A DNA stretch of 57,935 nt, taken from IMG/VR virus record IMGVR_UViG_3300049038_000008, positions 1 through 57,935 of that record. The stretch is one strand, 5' to 3'. Positions 1 to 7,135 of the stretch are shown piece by piece. Within the stretch, counting starts at the first letter, position 1; every line of letters starts with the position of its first letter. The notes beneath the pieces were generated by a model, which made no database searches, was not told the origin of the DNA, and saw only the letters and a list, made by a program, of their open reading frames with translations. The DNA comes from a virus. Lineage: Duplodnaviria; Caudoviricetes. Both the position numbers and the translations under genes were made by a program.

Positions 1-443
1 AAATACGGATTAGCTTGAAACAATTTCTGGGCAGCTACTTCACCCAACCCAAGCAGCACCTTGCCTAGAATCCACGCTGGCGTGTCGCCTGAGCCGAACA
101 ATTCCTTGCATACCTCTTCAAACGCATTACTGCGAGAATTAAAATAAGGCCACAGGTTGTCGGGTATATGCTCGCCCCCTGTTAGCACTAATAATTCTGC
201 GTGCGTGAACCCGTTAACCAGCACAACCTGACCGGCAATACAGCAATTCGTTTTACAAACCCCGTTTATCTCCAACTCGCCAAACGTCGCTTGGTCGTAT
301 CCTGCCAGCACCTCAGTTTCAATTGCCTTCGCAGTCTCACGAAGCAACGGACGGTTTAACCCCTTCCGTGGGTTCCTAACAATCTCCGTCGCTTTCTCAA
401 ATGCGCTCTTTATCACTGCCTTCGTAATCTTTGGATTCTTCAC
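1..443 (-). CDS. Hypothetical phage protein, N-terminal part (continues across the circular junction at 57935)
   Basis: GTG at 443 with AGGAG RBS; frame open to position 1 (MKNPKITKAV...CCIAGQVVL...AQKLFQANPY); absent from the ORF track because it runs off the end. Confidence 0.75.
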   Translation of the reverse strand, partial: MKNPKITKAVIKSAFEKATEIVRNPRKGLNRPLLRETAKAIETEVLAGYDQATFGELEINGVCKTNCCIAGQVVLVNGFTHAELLVLTGGEHIPDNLWPYFNSRSNAFEEVCKELFGSGDTPAWILGKVLLGLGEVAAQKLFQANPY

Positions 444-497
444 AATATTTTCTCCTTTTTTTTGCCTGCAACGGAGGCAGGGGGGGGACGCCAGTTT

Positions 498-668
498 TTA
501 CTTGGCATTCATCAATTCAGCCTCTTGACACCCCGCACACAACCCCGTTTCGTTTTGAACGATGACCAGCATACAACCGTCACACCATCGCTTCGTGAAT
601 CCGGGGAATAACGGATAGTCTGGATAATCAGTTTCGCCAAAAGGTTCGTCTTTGTAGTCATTGTTCAT
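498..668 (-). CDS. Small Cys-rich (2x CxxC) hypothetical protein, 56 aa
   Basis: Manual translation MNNDYKDEPF...WCDGC...LCAGCQE; AGGAG RBS. Confidence 0.6.
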   Translation of the reverse strand: MNNDYKDEPFGETDYPDYPLFPGFTKRWCDGCMLVIVQNETGLCAGCQEAELMNAK

Positions 669-703
669 AGTCTCCTACCTCGCCTCCCGCGCCTGCAAAA
701 GCG

Positions 704-976
704 TTAGCGCCAATCTTCCGGCCCGTATTGCCGCCTGCACTTCGGACATTCCCAATAGGGTTCGTCAATCCAAGACCATTCAGCGGGGCAATGGTTCTTT
801 TCATCCCACGCGAGAATTTGGTCACGTACTTTTGTGAACCCGGCTGGTGGCCCGTCAACCTTCTGCGGCCAACCGTCCTCATCCTCACAATCCATATTCG
901 TGCATTCGAGCGTTGGCTCATCCGCATCATCGTCGTAATAATCCGACATATAAATTCCCGCTTCGTATAAGCTCAT
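704..976 (-). CDS. Acidic Cys-rich hypothetical protein (putative Zn ribbon)
   Basis: ORF track; CTNMDC and CPKC motifs; ATGA coupling with the upstream ORF. Confidence 0.65.
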   Translation of the reverse strand: MSLYEAGIYMSDYYDDDADEPTLECTNMDCEDEDGWPQKVDGPPAGFTKVRDQILAWDEKNHCPAEWSWIDEPYWECPKCRRQYGPEDWR

Positions 977-1104
977 AATTCCTCTTCATATCCGCAGTAA
1001 TAACAAACCACATACTCGTAAATCGTTTCTTCGTCGTGGTCGGCACAGGTGCGCTCGTAACTGAGCTCATCTAACCCGCATTCGGGGCAGGTTCTACTTC
1101 TCAT
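973..1104 (-). CDS. Small Zn-ribbon protein, 43 aa
   Basis: Manual translation MRSRTCPECG...VCYYCGYEEEL; overlaps neighbours at both ends. Confidence 0.6.
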   Translation of the reverse strand: MRSRTCPECGLDELSYERTCADHDEETIYEYVVCYYCGYEEEL

Positions 1105-1465
1105 TTCGCCCTTCCTCTAAATCTTTGAACTCTTCACAAAGCGCATCAAGCGCCTCGCCATAGTTCGGATTTGTCGCCCTGGTTTTTGCCAACACCAAAT
1201 ACTTGTCTATAAATTCTTGCTGTCTAGGCGTTCGTGCTGGCCGTGGAGTAGCGGCTTCCATCGCTTCCGTAATCGTGTGGCACTTATGCCAGGGCGTCAG
1301 GTTTCCATAAGCACCCATATTCGACTTGTAAACCAGACCGCCCTGAAAGCAGAACACATCAACAGCAAAGTATTTCCCATTGCGATTTTGAACAAACGTG
1401 ATTTGCGCTTTGCATTTATTGCAGGTTCTCAATTGAGATTTTTTAACAGGATTAAGATTTGCCAT
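1094..1465 (-). CDS. Hypothetical protein with CxxC...HxC metal-binding motif
   Basis: ORF track; AGGAG RBS; CNKC...WHKC. Confidence 0.7.
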   Translation of the reverse strand: MANLNPVKKSQLRTCNKCKAQITFVQNRNGKYFAVDVFCFQGGLVYKSNMGAYGNLTPWHKCHTITEAMEAATPRPARTPRQQEFIDKYLVLAKTRATNPNYGEALDALCEEFKDLEEGRNEK

Positions 1466-1477
1466 TAGTTTGCTCCT

Positions 1478-1633
1478 TCACCTCGCTTCAAAATTCTGCT
1501 GCGCTATAACAGCCTGCAGAGTGTCCGTCCGCCTACTACATCCCCACCGATTGCTAATCACCCCAGTACAACTCGGACAACCACAGGCGGGTTGCTCAAT
1601 CACTTCAACTTTTTCATCTCTTCTCTCGCTCAT
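1478..1633 (-). CDS. First gene of the leftward operon, 51 aa Cys-rich peptide
   Basis: Manual translation MSERRDEKVEVIEQPACGCPSC...; AGGAG upstream; directly downstream of the leftward promoter. Confidence 0.5.
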   Translation of the reverse strand: MSERRDEKVEVIEQPACGCPSCTGVISNRWGCSRRTDTLQAVIAQQNFEAR

Positions 1634-1677
1634 TGCCGGGGTGGCTCCTTTGGGGTTGTATCTTTCAGTACGCAGTT

Positions 1678-1736
1678 AGAGTACCACAGTATTCAGGCAA
1701 ATGCAACTATAGTTTTCAATAAAAATACTAAAAGAT
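1678..1736 (-). promoter_or_regulatory. Leftward early promoter (PL-like) with putative operator
   Basis: TTGCAT(1706-1701)-N17-TACTCT(1683-1678) with TG extension; block 1709-1736 matches 4226-4253 at 22 of 28 positions. Confidence 0.7.
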
Positions 1737-1764
1737 GTAAAAAGTTGAGTTTTCTTGGAAGGAA

Positions 1765-2092
1765 TGAGAACTAAATGAGAACCGGCTGCCTTCACTCCCT
1801 GTAAAGTATAGAGAGAAAACGCAGCCGGTTTGTTGCGCGTGTTAGACCGATACGCTGGCGTGGTTTTTTCTCGTTATTGAATCCTTCGGTATCTAGTTTG
1901 AATACTTTAGTTTGTAGACGGTGTTGATTGAAACCGCATCGTTTCAGTCAACGGTGAAAGGTAAGTATTTTGAATCCTTTGGTATGCAAGTCAAATCTTT
2001 CACGACTTTACAGGTTTATTTTGAAAATGAGAACCGCTTGAGAACCGAGACGGCAAAAACTCAGCAACAATCCGGCAAAAACTCGGCAAAAA
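1765..2092. other. attP phage attachment region
   Basis: Non-coding, immediately 3' of the integrase. TGAGAAC pairs 11 bp apart at 1765/1776 and 2028/2039; inverted repeat GTTGATTGAAAC-N6-GTTTCAGTCAAC at 1923-1952; 16-bp direct repeat at 1877/1970; CGGCAAAAA-like units with 11-bp period at 2051-2092. Confidence 0.7.
1780..1830. terminator. Hairpin beyond attP (possible integrase terminator or sib-like element)
   Basis: Perfect 10-bp stem AACCGGCTGC/GCAGCCGGTT with 31-nt loop. Confidence 0.4.
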
Positions 2093-3268
2093 TTATCCGT
2101 TTGAAGCTTTGTCCTTTTCATCCTCTCCGAAGTCCATTGTTAGTAGTTCGGTTGCCTCTTCCATCGTGTCGGCAGTCGGATGCGCGTAAATTAACAAGGT
2201 CGTTTTCTTACTGTGTCCGGTTATCGCCATCACCTGAGATAAGGGGAGCTTCTTATTCACAAGGTATGTTGTCGTGCTATGCCTGATGGTGTGAAAGACC
2301 GCGCCGCCTGTCTTTAACCCGTAATGGATGCCCACACGCTTGCAAGCGTTCCTGTAAGCGCGTCGAATCATTCTGCCAAAATCATTCACAACCTGAGACT
2401 CTGGCTTAAAGACATAGCGGCCCGGATTCTCTACGATTCGTCGTTTCAAAATCTCTGCCACATTGGAGGTGATCGGAATAACCTTTGGTCTATTCGTCTT
2501 GGCGTTCTTGATTGCGAGGTATCCATGTTTATAGCCGATGCCACGTTGAAAATGCACCTGCGATTTTTCGAGCAAGGCAAGCTCCGATATTCGCATCGTG
2601 GTTTCGATACCGACGATCACCACATCACGCGCTAAGGCTCTCCGCTGGCGTTCAGGGAGGTTTGAATCAGGCACGGGGTCTTCTAATGCCTTCACGACCT
2701 TCAATAAATCTTCACGGCTCAATACGACCTCACGACCTTGATGTTGTAGTGGCAATCTCTCATAGTCGGGTGGTTGCCAGTTGAAACCGGGGAAGAGTTT
2801 CGGCGCGGCTCTCAGGCAAGTCCGTATCATATCTAATTCTTTATTGATGGTGTGCGGATGAATGTCGGATTGCAGCCGGGTTGCCTGGTACTCAATAAAA
2901 TGGTTTTCGTTTAGTTTGCGGAGTTCCTTAGAATGAGAAACAGTCTTTAGCCGATTGATGTAGGTTTCAACCTCATTGATGCGCTTCTGGCTTAGTCCTC
3001 TTATGGTTGCTTTTCGCTTCCACGCAGACAACAGGGCATCTAAGGTGATGGCTTCATTCTCATAACCGAGTCGATTCGGGTTGCGCATCAACAATTTGAA
3101 TTTGGCTAGTTCATCTTCGGCTTTTTCTTTATTCTCCCACGTGGCCTTTTGATACTTCTTGCCTTCATATGTCCAACGATAGCCATAGCGAATCAGGCCG
3201 GTTTTCGTCTTGACCTTAATAATATTTGTGCCTTTGTAAACCTTGATGATTTTGACCGCCATAATCAA
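2093..3268 (-). CDS. int: Tyrosine recombinase (phage integrase)
   Basis: Catalytic set TTMRISEL (R), KNAKT (K), HTIRH, TGH, IYAH (Y); 391 aa with arm-binding-like N-terminus. Confidence 0.93.
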   Translation of the reverse strand: MIMAVKIIKVYKGTNIIKVKTKTGLIRYGYRWTYEGKKYQKATWENKEKAEDELAKFKLLMRNPNRLGYENEAITLDALLSAWKRKATIRGLSQKRINEVETYINRLKTVSHSKELRKLNENHFIEYQATRLQSDIHPHTINKELDMIRTCLRAAPKLFPGFNWQPPDYERLPLQHQGREVVLSREDLLKVVKALEDPVPDSNLPERQRRALARDVVIVGIETTMRISELALLEKSQVHFQRGIGYKHGYLAIKNAKTNRPKVIPITSNVAEILKRRIVENPGRYVFKPESQVVNDFGRMIRRAYRNACKRVGIHYGLKTGGAVFHTIRHSTTTYLVNKKLPLSQVMAITGHSKKTTLLIYAHPTADTMEEATELLTMDFGEDEKDKASNG

Positions 3269-3756
3269 ACCCTGTAGTTACGATAAATTTGCAGTCTGAA
3301 ATCTACGATCTGTTTATTAGGGTAAGATTCGAGCAATTCAACGACAGATAGATTTTCAATTAATATCGTAGGAATCAGAATACAGGCAGAGACTAATGAT
3401 GCTTGGTGTTCTGCCTTGCTTATGAATACCTGCGGTTTGTTGAAAAATTGCATTTCGGTTATTTCCGGTTGGTGCAACCAGAAATGTGTCAATTCGTGAA
3501 ATTCAACAAAGGTCTTGAAACATCCTGTTAATGAGCTTTTGATATAAATAATATCTTTGTCCTTACGGCGAAAATATACACCGTCCCACTTTCGAGATTC
3601 CCGTATAACGATTATATTTTCTTGGTCACAGACATATTCAAAATCATCACTGCCCATCGGGATTTCGTGGAGATCATAATTGAGCCACTTCAGGCGACTC
3701 TTGACCGCTGTTAAATAGTAAGGTTCATTTCTTTTTTCTCCTGCGTTCAATCTCAT
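3265..3756 (-). CDS. ImmA/IrrE-family metallo-endopeptidase (antirepressor protease)
   Basis: HELTH (HExxH) plus AEHQAS...ACILIP; located between repressor and integrase. Confidence 0.85.
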   Translation of the reverse strand: MRLNAGEKRNEPYYLTAVKSRLKWLNYDLHEIPMGSDDFEYVCDQENIIVIRESRKWDGVYFRRKDKDIIYIKSSLTGCFKTFVEFHELTHFWLHQPEITEMQFFNKPQVFISKAEHQASLVSACILIPTILIENLSVVELLESYPNKQIVDFRLQIYRNYRV

Positions 3757-4099
3757 TATCCACGACCTCCAGCAGCAATTTTAATTCCGACTTGTCCTCC
3801 TCTGACAACTCATTGTAGTTGTAGAATAACGCCCCCATCTCGGAATCGTTCATTTTCGGTGAGCTTCCTATAATCAATCGAAATATGCTCTCTGGATTCT
3901 CCCCTAGTCCTTTGGCTAACGCCTCTATTGTTTTTGCTGTTAGGTTTTCGAGTCCATAATTCACAATCTTATTTATCATCCCGGCAGCCACCTCGCCATC
4001 GCTTAGACGTTCCACTTCTCTAAAGGTTAGCCCTTTTTCTTTTAGAATCCTTCTTACGTAATCAGCTAATGACTCACGGGTTTCTTTTTTCGGTGCCAT
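3725..4099 (-). CDS. XRE-family HTH immunity repressor (ImmR/CI-like)
   Basis: LADYVRRILKEKGLTFREVE...TIEALAKGLG HTH; divergent from the Cro-like gene; start moved to ATG 4099 because the upstream region holds operator repeats. Confidence 0.85.
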   Translation of the reverse strand: MAPKKETRESLADYVRRILKEKGLTFREVERLSDGEVAAGMINKIVNYGLENLTAKTIEALAKGLGENPESIFRLIIGSSPKMNDSEMGALFYNYNELSEEDKSELKLLLEVVDNEIERRRKKK

Positions 4100-4188
4100 A
4101 ACCGCGCTTTTCCCCTCATATCTTAAAGTATCCACTTCAGATACCAACCTACTAAACGGGCTGAAACCCATGCTACTTATCTCAAATC

Positions 4189-4290
4189 CTAAAGTATTCA
4201 AACTCTCTTCCTCCATGCGCTTAAAATCTTTTAGTACGCAACTTGAAAACTATTCTTGACACGAGCCTGCATCCTATGGTATTCAATAAA
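4189..4290 (+). promoter_or_regulatory. Immunity control region: rightward promoter (PR-like) and operators
   Basis: TTGACA(4256-4261)-N18-TATTCA(4280-4285); repeated AGTATTCA-like motifs; blocks shared with 1709-1736 and 1895-1910. Confidence 0.7.
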
Positions 4291-4296
4291 TATCTT

Positions 4297-4635
4297 ATGA
4301 GACACAAAACTAAGAAACCTAAAAAGCCTCAAATCGCGCCTCTGTTCAGGGCTGACCTTCTTGACGCAATTCGTGATGTTCGCGGATTCACAAGAGAGCA
4401 ACTGGCAGAACGCGCAGGTATTTCAAGATTCGGGCTTTTCAAGATCGAAAGAGGCGGGGATGTGAGAGCCTCTACATTAAAGAAGATTGCGGATGCTTTG
4501 AATGTTGATATGAAAATCTTTTTTGATTTCAACCTGCAACTGGATGTGCAGGCGATTAAAGACGGACTGACTACCGAGAGCGAAATATTTGTTACCAGTG
4601 CAATTGAAAAGCAAGTTGATGCGCAAGCCGCATAG
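4297..4635 (+). CDS. Cro-like XRE HTH regulator
   Basis: IRDVRGFTREQLAERAGISRFGLFKIERG...TLKKIADALNV; start at ATG 4297, just after the promoter. Confidence 0.85.
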   Translation: MRHKTKKPKKPQIAPLFRADLLDAIRDVRGFTREQLAERAGISRFGLFKIERGGDVRASTLKKIADALNVDMKIFFDFNLQLDVQAIKDGLTTESEIFVTSAIEKQVDAQAA

Positions 4636-4729
4636 TCGGCCATTTGTCTGCCTAGAGGTGGCCCCAAAGATCGCATAAGGGGCATAGGGCGACGATAGGG
4701 AAACTTTCTGACGGGCTTGAAAGATTTTT

Positions 4730-5524
4730 ATGAAAAAAGTTTGCGGGAAAAATTGGGAGATGTGGTTGGCGGATTGTACGGATGTTTTGCCGATGCTTGA
4801 GAACGTAGATGCTGTTGTCTCTGATGTGCCTTATGGAATGAAGGCAGACTTTGAGCGCAAGGGCTTACGAACGAGCCGATTACTTGGCGGTTACGACTTT
4901 AAGCAAGAATACCGATTCACAACCATTGCTGGTGATGACGAGACATTCAAACCCGCACACCTTTTAGGTTTCGACTACGTGGCCTTGTTTGGGGCTAATC
5001 ATTTCTCACATCTCTTACCTGCAGAAGTTCCCGGCAAGCAATATAAGTGGCTATTTTGGGATAAGCGATGCGGTACGCCATCAGATGACAATTCGGACGG
5101 TGAATTAATTTGGACAAATCAGTACGGCGCTCTTAGAACCCACAGGCAGAAATGGCGTGGCATTGTTCGTGAAGGCGAAGAAAACCTTTCAATTCAAGGC
5201 GCGAAACTTCATCCAGCACAAAAGCCTGTGGCGCTGATGAAATGGATTCTCGAGCAAATCAAAGTGCCATTAGATTCAACTGTGCTTGACCCCTACTGCG
5301 GCGTAGCCTCCACAGGCGTTGCCTGCCTCAGAACAGGCCGAAAGTTCATCGGCATAGAAAAGGATGAAAATTACTTTGCGATTGCTGTAGAGCGATTACA
5401 GCGCGAAGAAGAGAAACAAGAATCATCACTCTTTGCCAGCATTGAAACGGTCAAATATTCGCACTATGCCGAAAGCAACCTGAATTTATTTACTCAGGAG
5501 TTTGGCTTGGAGGTCGTTGAATGA
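4730..5524 (+). CDS. DNA N6-adenine/N4-cytosine methyltransferase (beta class)
   Basis: Motif IV SDVPY before HPAQKP and motif I VLDPYCGVASTG; FIGIEKD. Confidence 0.88.
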   Translation: MKKVCGKNWEMWLADCTDVLPMLENVDAVVSDVPYGMKADFERKGLRTSRLLGGYDFKQEYRFTTIAGDDETFKPAHLLGFDYVALFGANHFSHLLPAEVPGKQYKWLFWDKRCGTPSDDNSDGELIWTNQYGALRTHRQKWRGIVREGEENLSIQGAKLHPAQKPVALMKWILEQIKVPLDSTVLDPYCGVASTGVACLRTGRKFIGIEKDENYFAIAVERLQREEEKQESSLFASIETVKYSHYAESNLNLFTQEFGLEVVE

Positions 5525-5730
5525 CCGACACTCCCCGCACCCGACAACTCATCAAAGGCGGCGAGAAAGAAAAGCTGATGAGTCAGAGAAAGGCACACCT
5601 GTTGAATTTGTTGCGATTGGATGCGCCGGATTTTCTCATTGCTACACACTGTTACCTGTTGTTGCGTGGGTATTGCGATGAGGACAGCGGGAAGGTGAAG
5701 AGATTGATTGAGGAGAAGATGGGTCAATGA
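5521..5730 (+). CDS. Hypothetical protein
   Basis: GGAGG RBS; ATGA-coupled on both sides. Confidence 0.6.
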   Translation: MTDTPRTRQLIKGGEKEKLMSQRKAHLLNLLRLDAPDFLIATHCYLLLRGYCDEDSGKVKRLIEEKMGQ

Positions 5731-5900
5731 ACCGAGCCAAGAGCCAACGCAAGAAAGCCTACAACGCCGCGCATCGTGAAGAGGTGAAGGCGTGGACCAA
5801 GAAGGCGACACAGGCGGCTCAGAAGCTCCCCACAGAGACACGCAGCATTGCCGGTCTGAGAGCGTGGAAAACCAGACGAGCGAAAGAGGAAACATTATGA
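5727..5900 (+). CDS. Small basic hypothetical protein, 57 aa
   Basis: Manual translation MNRAKSQRKKAYNAAHREEVKAW...; ATGA overlaps at both ends. Confidence 0.55.
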   Translation: MNRAKSQRKKAYNAAHREEVKAWTKKATQAAQKLPTETRSIAGLRAWKTRRAKEETL

Positions 5901-6070
5901 GTACCCTGCTCCACCGCCTTCCCCAAGACGACGACCAGCCACCTTATTGGCAAGAGCGGGAATTGAACATCGAACCCCTCGACCCGACCCTTTGGCTAGG
6001 GTCCACGGTGACAACGGGGAAGATCGTCGCGGGGTTGGCGCTAGCGGCATTTCTCTGGGCTTCCCTATGA
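5897..6070 (+). CDS. Small protein with C-terminal TM segment
   Basis: MSTLLHRLP...KIVAGLALAAFLWASL; GAGG RBS. Confidence 0.5.
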   Translation: MSTLLHRLPQDDDQPPYWQERELNIEPLDPTLWLGSTVTTGKIVAGLALAAFLWASL

Positions 6071-6159
6071 ACCACTACTCCCGCCCCCTGTGGACGCTCA
6101 TATTGGCATATGGCGCGATTGTGGGTGGGTTGGTGATAACGCACTGGATAATGAGATGA
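6067..6159 (+). CDS. 30 aa membrane peptide
   Basis: MNHYSRPLWTLILAYGAIVGGLVITHWIMR; ATGA-coupled. Confidence 0.45.
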   Translation: MNHYSRPLWTLILAYGAIVGGLVITHWIMR

Positions 6160-6341
6160 GCATCTTTAGACCCACAGAGGAACAGCGGCAGAAATGGGAA
6201 CGGGTATTGAAGCTGCAAGAAAGCGGATTCAGCCGAAAGAAAATCGCCGTCATCTTAAATTTGAAGATGCACTCTGTTGACAAGTTTATTGCCAGAGCCA
6301 AACGGCAACGCGAGATTGATACGTCTTGGAAAAGGCGATGA
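6156..6341 (+). CDS. Small HTH protein (sigma70 region 4/LuxR-like)
   Basis: VLKLQESGFSRKKIAVILNLKMHSVDKFIARA pattern. Confidence 0.6.
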   Translation: MSIFRPTEEQRQKWERVLKLQESGFSRKKIAVILNLKMHSVDKFIARAKRQREIDTSWKRR

Positions 6342-6683
6342 TGTTTGAAAAAGCAAAGCGTGAGATTCCCGCACCGATGGCATGAACACCCGTCAGTCCT
6401 TACGCTTTGCAGATTTTTGTGAAGGCATTTCAGGCGGCGTTGGTATATCGGCTAAAACCTGAGCCTGGTGCCTTCACAGACGATAGATATTTGAAATGTG
6501 CTGGCGTGGCGAAACGGTAAACGCATTTTGGCTGCTACATAAAGATGATTGAATCCGTCCCGCGCTCTGATAGTCCTTTAATGGAACATCGCGGTGTAGC
6601 TTACAGGTTCAAATCCTGTCGCCAGCATTTTGCCACTCAACCGTACCCAAAGCAGGGGCCGAGTGTTAGGGGTGGGTGGCGAA
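6340..6683 (+). ncRNA. Structured RNA array 1a: four stem-closed modules
   Basis: Closing stems 6353/6410 GCAAAGCGT:ACGCTTTGC; 6418/6478 TGTGAAGGCA:TGCCTTCACA; 6500/6626 GCTGGCG:CGCCAGC; 6631/6681 TGCCACTCA:TGGGTGGCG; boxA-like TTTGAAA motifs at 6340 and 6486. Confidence 0.65.
6500..6627 (+). ncRNA. tRNA-like RNA (Leu-type body, no canonical anticodon arm, very large variable arm)
   Basis: 7-bp acceptor stem; UG linker; D arm GCG-AAACGGTAAA-CGC; T arm ACAGG-TTCAAAT-CCTGT; discriminator A; 128 nt; no encoded CCA. Confidence 0.75.
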
Positions 6684-6700
6684 CGATAAAGCGGAAGCGA

Positions 6701-6904
6701 ATGAAGAAATTTCAAGTCAGTTACAAAAACCTAAATAGCGAAGTCTTCACGGGCTATTACGACGTGCAGGCAAGAACCGACAGCTTGGCAATTGGCAGGG
6801 CTAAAAACCGCTGGATTGAAGATTGGAATTTATCATTCCCGTATAACCCGAATGGTGAAAGCGAAGTATCAAAGGTCGTTTTCGTCATCACGAATAAAGG
6901 TTAA
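6701..6904 (+). CDS. Hypothetical protein embedded in the RNA array
   Basis: MKKFQVSYKNL...; the longer 6545 start runs through the structured RNAs and is unlikely. Confidence 0.55.
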   Translation: MKKFQVSYKNLNSEVFTGYYDVQARTDSLAIGRAKNRWIEDWNLSFPYNPNGESEVSKVVFVITNKG

Positions 6905-6905
6905 T

Positions 6906-7121
6906 GCTATTTGAAAAAGTTTGGCTGCCGCATTGAGGGCACGGGATAAGACGGTCAATTGACTGGCTTCTGCGCCGGATTTGTAATCTGGGTCACGCCG
7001 ATACCGTGAGCGACCTGAACGGCAGCCAATACCCCTTGCGCTCTTCACCCGTTTGCGAGTCTGAAAGTCCAAAGCGAAAGGTGAAATTTCCCGCATAAAT
7101 CTCCAGGGGGTGGAGGCGCAG
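6906..7121 (+). ncRNA. Structured RNA array 1b: two multibranched modules
   Basis: boxA-like GCTATTTGAAAA at 6906; TTGGCTGCCG(6921):CGGCAGCCAA(7029) enclosing CACGG:CCGTG and an anticodon-like hairpin; TTGCGC(7036):GCGCAG(7121) enclosing TTCACC:GGTGAA and CTCCA:TGGAG. Confidence 0.6.
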
Positions 7122-7135
7122 AGATTAGAGAAAAG

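Noticed and set aside
1921-2286. 121-aa plus-strand ORF
   Set aside because: Overlaps attP repeats and is antisense to the integrase; no RBS or recognisable motif
3711-3728. AGGAG-ATG mini-ORF (MNLTI) overlapping the repressor stop, suggesting a frameshifted ImmA
   Set aside because: ImmA has its own ATG at 3756 with GGAGG and an open frame; no canonical slippery site
6500-6627. Canonical tRNA-Ser(GCU), tRNA-Leu or tmRNA
   Set aside because: Candidate anticodon stem is mismatched and the length is 128 nt; no G3-U70 pair and too short for a tmRNA tag and pseudoknots; kept only as tRNA-like
6545-6700. N-terminal extension of ORF 6545..6904
   Set aside because: Runs through the tRNA-like and stem-closed modules without an RBS; ATG 6701 is more plausible
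6340-7121. CRISPR array or CRISPR-repeat mimic (TTCCCGCACC...ATGAAC loosely resembles type I-E repeats)
   Set aside because: No direct repeats with spacers, the repeat-like stretch lacks its palindromic partner, and no cas genes are present
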